From the NCBI GenBank assembly GCA_003220955.1, contig QHTW01000048.1, positions 1-32,510 of the forward strand: DNA of 32,510 bases, read 5' to 3'. A program made the translations under genes and the position numbers. Positions 26,015 through 32,510 of this stretch are shown piece by piece; the stretch's first letter is position 1; each line of letters starts with the position of its first letter. The notes beneath the pieces are model-generated. The model ran no database searches and was not told the DNA's origin. It saw nothing but the letters and a program-made list of their open reading frames with translations. The DNA is from Gemmatimonadota bacterium (lineage in GTDB: Bacteria > Gemmatimonadota > Gemmatimonadetes > Gemmatimonadales > GWC2-71-9).

Positions 26015-27311
26015 GTCATCCCGTACGCTGACGTTTTTTGGCTTGTTCCCCGCGCTTCTCGGCGCCCAGCGACCCGCGAGTGTCGATCGACAACTGGCGG
26101 CCGCTGGTCTGTGGGCCGAAGCACGCTACAACTATGCCTACTGGGACGTCGTCCGCGCGAATTGGGACTCCGCGTTCGCTGCGACGGTCACCTTTACAGA
26201 AGCGCGGCCCGCGCCGAGCGACTTGCAATTCCTTCGGCGGCTGCGGCGCTGGGGCGCGCTGCTCAATGACGGCCAGCTCGAGCTGCTCGCGCCGGCCGCC
26301 GTGGCGAACCGCATCGCGCGACCACCCCTGGCGCTGCGCAGCATCGAGCGCCGGCCATTCATCATCGACTACGTCGTCAACGACGAGATGCGCGTGGCGC
26401 GACCCGAGCGGTTGGCGGAGATCCTGGCGGTCCAGGGCATCCCTGCCGCCGCGTGGATTCGCGACTCGGTCGTGCCGGAAGTCGCCGCAACCAACGAGGC
26501 GAGCCGCTGGGAGCGCGCCGTCGCGCAGATGCTCGACGGTGAGCGCGGCACGGCGCTGCACCTCCTGCTGCGACTCCCGGGCGGTGCCGAGCGCGGCGCG
26601 AGCGTCACACGCACGCTGGCGTTGACCGCGCGGTCGTCGCTCGACCGCGCCGCGCTCGAAGCCGATACCCTGCCCGACGGCGTGATCTGGATGCGCGTGA
26701 ACTCCCTCGCCGATCCGGATGTCCTCAGCCTGTTCGATCGCTCCGTCGGCAACGCGGCGCGCGAAGGACCACGCCATCGCGGCTTGATTCTGGATCTTCG
26801 GGAGACCACCTGGACCCCACACGAGCGGGATCAAGGCTACGCGCTGCTGCTCTCGCGCCTCATCGACCGCCCGTTCCTTACCGCCCAGCGTCGCAAGGCG
26901 CGCTACAGCCTCGACTCGCTCGCCTGGGCCGGCACGCCGCCCGACACGATCTGGCCACCGCCGCGGCGCGAGCGGATCGCGTACAGCGGCCCAATCGTCG
27001 TGCTCTGCTCGCCGCGCACGGCCGGCGCCGCGGAAGACTTCGTCGTCGCATTTCGGGCGGGCGGGCGCGGTCCGATCATCGGCGAGCGGACGGCCGGGAG
27101 CACGGGACAGACGGCGGTGCTGCCGCTCGCGCCCGGATGGAAGATCCGCCTGACCGTGTCGCGCGACGCGTTCCCCGACGGCAAGGAATTCGTGGGCACC
27201 GGGATCGCGCCCGACATCCCGGTGGACGTGCGCGTCGAGGACGTGCTCGCCGGGCGAGATGCGGCGTTGGATCGCGCGCGCGCCTACCTCAGCGAAACGG
27301 CCCGGCGCTAG
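26013..27311 (+). CDS. S41 family peptidase homolog with degenerate catalytic motifs
   Basis: LWAEARYNY..WD, LLNDG, degenerate PDZ, GLILDLR, RTAGAAEDF, IIGERTAGSTG, GTGIAPDI; TAGATT 6 nt upstream of the ATG. Confidence 0.82.
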   Translation: MSSRTLTFFGLFPALLGAQRPASVDRQLAAAGLWAEARYNYAYWDVVRANWDSAFAATVTFTEARPAPSDLQFLRRLRRWGALLNDGQLELLAPAAVANRIARPPLALRSIERRPFIIDYVVNDEMRVARPERLAEILAVQGIPAAAWIRDSVVPEVAATNEASRWERAVAQMLDGERGTALHLLLRLPGGAERGASVTRTLALTARSSLDRAALEADTLPDGVIWMRVNSLADPDVLSLFDRSVGNAAREGPRHRGLILDLRETTWTPHERDQGYALLLSRLIDRPFLTAQRRKARYSLDSLAWAGTPPDTIWPPPRRERIAYSGPIVVLCSPRTAGAAEDFVVAFRAGGRGPIIGERTAGSTGQTAVLPLAPGWKIRLTVSRDAFPDGKEFVGTGIAPDIPVDVRVEDVLAGRDAALDRARAYLSETARR

Positions 27312-28087
27312 GTCTTCAGCTGCGCGCGGAAGAAGCTGATCACCGCGCGCCACGCGCTGTCGGCGACTTCCGGTTTCTCGCGCGTGCGCAGAAAGCCGTG
27401 CCCGACCCCCGGATAGACGGTGTACGGGTAGGCCTTGCCGGCAGCCCGCATCGCCGCCGCGGCGTCCGGTAGTCCCGCGTCGATGCGCGCGTCGTTCTCG
27501 GCATACACGCCGAGCCCCTTCGCGCGAATCTTCGGTATATCGGCGGTGTTGGGCGCAGGACCATAGCAGACCACAAAGGCTTTCAATTCAGGCGCATTCG
27601 TCGCGTACCGGAAACTTTGCCCGCCGCCCCAGCAGAAGCCGATGACCCCGACGTCGCTCGCACGGGCGGCCTTCACGGTCTTTAGAAAGGCGCGCGTCGC
27701 CTCGAGATCGGCCGTTATGGTATCGGGGTTCAGCGTTGCGATCAGTTTGCGCGCGGAATCTTGCGACGCCGGCGTACCACCGCGGTGCGACAACAAGTCG
27801 GGCGCAATCGCGACGAAGCCGTCCTTGGCGAGCTGCTCGATTGTCTGCTTGATAAAGTCCGACATGCCGAAGATCTCGTGGATGACGATCACCGCCGGCG
27901 CCGGCTGCGGGCGCTCCGGATACGCGATGTACGCGGTCACCGTGTCTTTGCCGTTGAGGAACTTCACGTACTCGGAGTGGATGTCGGTTAGGCGGTTAGA
28001 CGGGTAGGCGGTTAGCACAAACCCGACCAACCCCGCCGCCGCGACGAAACCGCTAACCTTCCAACCGTCTAGCCGCCTAGCGCCCAT
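27308..28087 (-). CDS. Dienelactone hydrolase family protein (secreted)
   Basis: VIHEIFG, IAPDL, GFCWGG (Cys nucleophile), END, YPGVGHGF. Confidence 0.92.
   Translation of the reverse strand: MGARRLDGWKVSGFVAAAGLVGFVLTAYPSNRLTDIHSEYVKFLNGKDTVTAYIAYPERPQPAPAVIVIHEIFGMSDFIKQTIEQLAKDGFVAIAPDLLSHRGGTPASQDSARKLIATLNPDTITADLEATRAFLKTVKAARASDVGVIGFCWGGGQSFRYATNAPELKAFVVCYGPAPNTADIPKIRAKGLGVYAENDARIDAGLPDAAAAMRAAGKAYPYTVYPGVGHGFLRTREKPEVADSAWRAVISFFRAQLKT
27983..28077. repeat. In-frame inverted array of 8-bp units (GGCGGTTA-like / TAACCGCC-like) bracketing the signal-peptide h-region
   Basis: GTCGGTTA GGCGGTTA GACGGGTA GGCGGTTA ... TAACCTTC CAACCGTC TAGCCGCC. Confidence 0.75.
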
Positions 28088-29147
28088 AGCTCACCCTCCA
28101 GATTTTGCCGCCCATGTCATCACTCACCAGCAGCGATCCGTCCGGCAATACGAGCAAGCCGACGGGCCGTCCCCAGCGACTGCCATCGGGACGTTGCCAG
28201 CCGACGATGAAATCCTCGACGCCGGCGCTGTCGACCTCCACCCGTACGACTTTTGCGCTCGTGGGAACGCTGCGGTTCCACGAGCCGTGCAGCGTGACAA
28301 ACGCATCGCCGCGATACTCGGCGGGGAACTGCGTTCCCGTGTAGAACGCGATGCCGAGCGGCGCGGAGTGCGCCTGGATCGTGATCGCCGGCGGCTCGAC
28401 AGTCGAGCAGTTCGCCGAACCGTACTCGGGATTCGGCTTGCCGGGGAGATAACACTCCGGCCAGCCGTAGTTGCGACCGTCTTTGATGATGTTGATGTGC
28501 TCGGGCGGTGCGTCATCGCCGAGGTTGTCGCGGTCGTTGTTGCCGCCCCACAGCTCGCCCGTTTTCGGGTTGAATGCCAAGCCGACCGTGTTACGCAGCC
28601 CCCGCGCGAATATCCGGCCCCCCGAAGCGTCGGCGTTGAACTGCGTCACGGCCGCCCGCATTGAGTCACGCTCGTCGCAGACATTGCATGAGGACCCGAC
28701 CGCTACGTACAGCTTGCCGTCCGGACCGAACACGATCGTCCGGGTCGAATGACCGCTGCGTGGCAAGCGCAGCAGCGTCTTTGGCTCACGGACGCCCGGA
28801 TCGTAACGAACGAGCTCGAGCTCCCCGGCGACGTACATGGTGTCGCCGCGGAAGGCGATGCCGAAGGCGCCTTTCAGTCCGCTCGCGACCGTCACCACGC
28901 TGTCGCGGACACCATCGTGATTCGCGTCGATGAGCTTGACGACCAGACCGGACCCCGGCTGCGAGGCATAGACCACGTTGCCCGGGCCGAGCGTCATGAA
29001 GCGGACGTTCGGGAGATTCTCGGCGAATACGGCGATCTTGAACCCGGGCGGTACGCGGAGCGCGTCGTCGCTCCTTGCTTGACTCCGGGCGGGAGCTCCG
29101 CCGCAGGCGACGGCGATGACGGCGGCGAACAAGGCACGTAGACGCAT
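28077..29147 (-). CDS. PQQ-dependent sugar (glucose/sorbosone) dehydrogenase family lipoprotein
   Basis: Lipobox-like AVAC; VPPGFKI..FA, HSTR, GSSCNVC, GLRN.VG, YGWP, AHSAPLG, HGSWN, GRPVG, LVSDD. Confidence 0.9.
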   Translation of the reverse strand: MRLRALFAAVIAVACGGAPARSQARSDDALRVPPGFKIAVFAENLPNVRFMTLGPGNVVYASQPGSGLVVKLIDANHDGVRDSVVTVASGLKGAFGIAFRGDTMYVAGELELVRYDPGVREPKTLLRLPRSGHSTRTIVFGPDGKLYVAVGSSCNVCDERDSMRAAVTQFNADASGGRIFARGLRNTVGLAFNPKTGELWGGNNDRDNLGDDAPPEHINIIKDGRNYGWPECYLPGKPNPEYGSANCSTVEPPAITIQAHSAPLGIAFYTGTQFPAEYRGDAFVTLHGSWNRSVPTSAKVVRVEVDSAGVEDFIVGWQRPDGSRWGRPVGLLVLPDGSLLVSDDMGGKIWRVSYGR

Positions 29148-29150
29148 TCG

Positions 29151-30692
29151 TTACCTCCGACCGATGGCGGTGACTCGCAACAGGAGTCTGCCGTCCGGGT
29201 CCACTCGAACCTCGGTAGGCGCAAACGGCAGATCGACACGAGCAGACGTGGCGCGGCTTCCTTCGCTCACCGTGACAGTGCGGCGCACGTTCGCGCCGTT
29301 CGCTCTTCGGAACTCGAGCGTCAGCTCCGGGAGTCGGAACAGGCCCCACTCAGGTTTTTGGTGTTGGGTGATACCCAGAACCACTTTCCTCGCTCCCGCC
29401 TCGTATTGCCACGTCACGTCGAGCTGTGTATACCCCGGTTGGTGCAGCCATTGGTGGAAGAACCAACCAAGATCCGCTCGGGCTTCCTTCTCCATTACGC
29501 GCTGGAAGTCCTCACTCGTTGCGGTAGAGTCGCGGTAGGTACGGTAGTAGGCTCGGAGCCCGCGGAAGAAGGCCGAATCGCCGATCGTGCCGCGGAGCAT
29601 GTGCAGCACCCATGCACCTTTGGCATACCCCGAGTCCACGATCGGCCGGTCGGTGACCGCGGATTTGAAGTAATTCTCGGCGTTCGCGCGCATGACGTTT
29701 GCCAATACCGAGTCGCCGTCCAGCGCGGCGCCTATGACGCCATCGAAGTAGGTCGCGAAGCCTTCAGAGAGCCAGATATCGGGCCAGTCGCGTTCTGTGA
29801 CGGCGTCGCCGAACCACTGGTGCGAAGTCTCGTGCCGCACGACGCCCTCGCCCATCCTGCGCTCTACGTACGGCTTCTCCGCATAGAAGATGGCGCTCGA
29901 GTTCTCCATGCCGCCGAATTTCGTGGATGACTGCACCTGGGCGAGCTTCTCGTAGGGGAACGGCCCGATGAGTCGCTGCATCACCTCGACGATCTCGGTG
30001 GCGCGACGAAACGGACCCGAGTCGGCGTATGCCGAGTCCTCAGGATAGGTCCAAACTTCGATGGGGATCGTGTCGCGGCCGTTGATCGCGGGCCGGTGCG
30101 TTGAGACCGTGAACTCGCCGGCGCCGATGACCATCGTATATGTCGGGATCGGATGGGATTCGGTCCACATCCCCGAAGTCGAAGTCTTGCCATTTGCAAC
30201 GACTCGCCACGATGGCGGAGCCGTGATGTTGAACATGACGCGGGCCTTGTCCGACGGGTGGTCGAGCGTGGGAATCCAGAACCGCGCTCGCTCCGGCCAG
30301 TTGTCCGCAAACGCGACGCGGCGTCGCCGCGCGCTCGGCCCGATGATCAATCCATCTTGTGGGCTCCCGTGATATCGGATCATCAAACCAGCGGTAGGTT
30401 CCCCGTCTGTGGGGACGGAAATGATCCGGCCGTCATAGTGAAACGAAATCGGTGTACTGTGATCGTCGCCATCCACGCGCGAGACGGAATCGATCTGCAT
30501 CCCGACGAGGTTCAGCCGGATGGTGTCCTCGCCCGATGGTCGTACAAGTATGCCCGTGCGGCCGCTGATGACGGTTCCCGTATCTGGAATCGTCAAGTAC
30601 ACGAAATAGCGAAGAGCATCACTGGGCCGCTGTTGAGCTAGAGTGTTCCCTGCTCCGAAGAGCGCCAACAATAGGCTACCGACCGTTCGCAT
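29151..30692 (-). CDS. M1 family zinc aminopeptidase (secreted)
   Basis: GGMEN, HETSHQWFG-x-WLSEGFATY (HEXXH-18-E), YAKGAWVLHMLR; ATG 30692 preceded by GGAG. Confidence 0.92.
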   Translation of the reverse strand: MRTVGSLLLALFGAGNTLAQQRPSDALRYFVYLTIPDTGTVISGRTGILVRPSGEDTIRLNLVGMQIDSVSRVDGDDHSTPISFHYDGRIISVPTDGEPTAGLMIRYHGSPQDGLIIGPSARRRRVAFADNWPERARFWIPTLDHPSDKARVMFNITAPPSWRVVANGKTSTSGMWTESHPIPTYTMVIGAGEFTVSTHRPAINGRDTIPIEVWTYPEDSAYADSGPFRRATEIVEVMQRLIGPFPYEKLAQVQSSTKFGGMENSSAIFYAEKPYVERRMGEGVVRHETSHQWFGDAVTERDWPDIWLSEGFATYFDGVIGAALDGDSVLANVMRANAENYFKSAVTDRPIVDSGYAKGAWVLHMLRGTIGDSAFFRGLRAYYRTYRDSTATSEDFQRVMEKEARADLGWFFHQWLHQPGYTQLDVTWQYEAGARKVVLGITQHQKPEWGLFRLPELTLEFRRANGANVRRTVTVSEGSRATSARVDLPFAPTEVRVDPDGRLLLRVTAIGRR

Positions 30693-31767
30693 ACACTCCA
30701 TCCAGCGCTGTCTCTCCCTTCGGCATCTTCTCCCGGCTCGCGATCGCCTCCTCGGCGGCCTTTGACACTCCCGCCGTCACCTCGGCCTCGATCTCGCCGA
30801 GCTGCTTGGCCTTCACGCCTTCTTCCTTCAAGTACTCCTCATAGAGCCCAACAGGATCGCGCTTGCCCCACGAGCGAAACAGCTCGGCCGGGAACGTCTC
30901 TCGCGCCTCGCGCTCGTCGTGCGTCGCGTGCCCGCCCATCCGGAACGTCTCCGCAATCAGTAGCGCCGGCCCGTTCCCGCTACGACACCGCTCGGCGGCC
31001 ATTCGTGTCGCCGCAAAGGCGTCGAGCACGTTGTTGCCGTCGAACGACACGCCCCACACGCCATAGCTCGCCGGCCAATCCTTGAAATCGGCGGGCAGAT
31101 GGTGCTGTTCGAGACGCGTGCCGAGCGCGACCTGGTTGTTCTCGATAATGAAGATGGCGGGGACACGCTGCACGGCGGCAAAGTTGGTGCCTTCGTGCGC
31201 CGCCGCGGTCTTCGTGGAACCATCACCAACCCACGTGAGCACCACGCGCGGCTCGCGCTTGAGCTTGAACGTGAGCGCGATCCCTGCAATGACGGGCACC
31301 ATGTCGCCGACGTGCGAGATCGGTTGGAGGACTCCTTGAGCGAACGATCCCACGTGCAGATCGCGTCCGGCGCTCGGCGAGTCTGCAGTGGCGAGATAGG
31401 CGCGCAGCATGTCGGCGATCGACATCCCCATTTCGCAGCACGCCGCGGCGTTGCGGATCATCGGGGCGACGATGTCGGTACCGCGCGCGAGCGCCTGTAC
31501 CGGCCCGACCGTCGTCGCTTCTTCACCGGTGCCGAGCCACGCTTTCGAGATGACGCCCGTGCGCACCCAACGCTTCAGCTCGATGTCGTGCAGTCGCGCG
31601 CGCAGCAGACCGCGATAAAGCTGGAGTTTGGCGTCAGGAGTCAGGGCTGATACGATCGAAGCGCGCTCGGGATCATTTTCGATCGTGGCTCGGAATGCCT
31701 TGACGAGCTTCAGGTCAGGCTTCCAGTCGACGTACTCCGGTGGGTCGAACGCGGGGAACCGCTTCAC
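30676..31767 (-). CDS. ThDP-dependent 2-oxoacid dehydrogenase E1 alpha subunit (BCKDH/PDH-like)
   Basis: GEEAT, ISHVG, GDGST...ENNQ ThDP motif, DGNN, RMGGHATHD, RDP; GTG 31767 overlaps the upstream stop (GTGA) and has GGAG upstream. Confidence 0.88.
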   Translation of the reverse strand: MKRFPAFDPPEYVDWKPDLKLVKAFRATIENDPERASIVSALTPDAKLQLYRGLLRARLHDIELKRWVRTGVISKAWLGTGEEATTVGPVQALARGTDIVAPMIRNAAACCEMGMSIADMLRAYLATADSPSAGRDLHVGSFAQGVLQPISHVGDMVPVIAGIALTFKLKREPRVVLTWVGDGSTKTAAAHEGTNFAAVQRVPAIFIIENNQVALGTRLEQHHLPADFKDWPASYGVWGVSFDGNNVLDAFAATRMAAERCRSGNGPALLIAETFRMGGHATHDEREARETFPAELFRSWGKRDPVGLYEEYLKEEGVKAKQLGEIEAEVTAGVSKAAEEAIASREKMPKGETALDGVYANGR

Positions 31768-32510
31768 GGCACTCCGGCAACGCTCCGGCCGAGGACTTGT
31801 CCGTCGCGCTTGAACACCGCGCCACCCTTCATGACGAAATCGACGTGCTCGAGCGTGCTGATGGTTTGTATCGGATCGCCGCGCACCGCGACGAGATCGG
31901 CATACTTCCCCACCGCGATCGTGCCGACATCGCGCTCCAGGCCGAGCAGGGTCGCGCCGTTCGACGTGCCAGCAACGATTGCCTGCATCGGCGTCATGCC
32001 ATAGCGCACCATCAGACCGAACTCCCGCGCATTGGTGCCGTGCTTCATCACGCCGGCGTCGGTGCCGAGCGCGATCTTCACGCCGGCGTCGACCGCCAGT
32101 TTGAAGGAGTTGCGGTGGCGGGGCGCGATGGCGAGGGATTTCGCGGCGATCGGCGGCGGAAGGCGGCCCGCAGTCGCCAGCGACTCGACGGTGAAACCAG
32201 CGAGCAGCGTCGGGACGAGCCACGTGCCGTGCTGTTTCATGAGTGCGACGGCTTCGGCGTCGAGAATCGAGCCGTGCTCGATCGACGTCACGCCCGCGCG
32301 GACCGCCGCCTTGATCCCGGCGCTGCCGTGCGCGTGCGCGGCGACGCGGCGATCGAGCTGGGTGGCGGTCTCCACGATCGCGCGCATCTCGTCTTCGGTA
32401 TACTGCTGCACGCCGACGGAATCGGTCAGCGACAGCACGCCGCCCGTCGCGCAGATCTTGATGACGTCGGCGCCGTACTTGACCATGTAGCGGACGGCGT
32501 TGCGGACCTC
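31764..32510 (-). CDS. Metal-dependent amidohydrolase (Xaa-Pro dipeptidase-like), 5' end outside the window
   Basis: GADVIKICATGG, AAHAHG, SIEHG, GTDAG, GKYADLVAV.GDP; the frame is open to the window edge. Confidence 0.9.
   Translation of the reverse strand, partial: EVRNAVRYMVKYGADVIKICATGGVLSLTDSVGVQQYTEDEMRAIVETATQLDRRVAAHAHGSAGIKAAVRAGVTSIEHGSILDAEAVALMKQHGTWLVPTLLAGFTVESLATAGRLPPPIAAKSLAIAPRHRNSFKLAVDAGVKIALGTDAGVMKHGTNAREFGLMVRYGMTPMQAIVAGTSNGATLLGLERDVGTIAVGKYADLVAVRGDPIQTISTLEHVDFVMKGGAVFKRDGQVLGRSVAGVP

Noticed and set aside
25670-28077. CRISPR array or replication iterons
   Set aside because: The units are 8 bp, contiguous, inverted and intragenic; there are no spacers, cas or rep genes.
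31768-32223. N-terminal 152 aa of the 515-aa E1-alpha ORF
   Set aside because: Shadow of the amidohydrolase; the GTGA-coupled start at 31767 has an SD.
1-32510. Prophage, defence island, IS, tRNA or rRNA
   Set aside because: No such genes or structures were recognised; composition and gene content look like core chromosome.

Overview
High-GC, very densely packed bacterial chromosomal window. Gene content and style suggest Gemmatimonadota (inference). About 30 protein-coding genes; I found no rRNA, tRNA, CRISPR array, integrase or transposase. Left to right: ECF sigma/zinc anti-sigma/double-PDZ operon; ferritin-like+VIT1 transporter; leuS; an MCP; a long minus-strand run (GT2, orphan zf-HC2 protein, hypothetical, pncB, argCBDA with tandem ARG boxes, pncA, class V aminotransferase fused in frame to serA, DPP-IV-like S9 peptidase, DDAH); Tat-exported Ntn asparaginase followed by a POTRA-less Omp85 barrel; saccharopine/lysine dehydrogenase; TetR; metallophosphoesterase; a degenerate S41 peptidase; dienelactone hydrolase; sorbosone-type dehydrogenase; M1 aminopeptidase; a lone ThDP E1-alpha; and a partial amidohydrolase. 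Most notable: (i) the aminotransferase-SerA fusion and a TetR read-through both look like short frameshifting deletions, and several apparent in-frame deletions occur elsewhere (real or assembly artefact); (ii) inverted arrays of 8-bp (also 7- and 9-bp) units, mostly embedded in frame in proteins; (iii) many leaderless-type -10 boxes, including a bidirectional one; (iv) the asparaginase-Omp85 pair, whose barrel gene has no canonical start codon; (v) an S41 pseudo-peptidase. All family assignments come from motif recognition; no searches were run.
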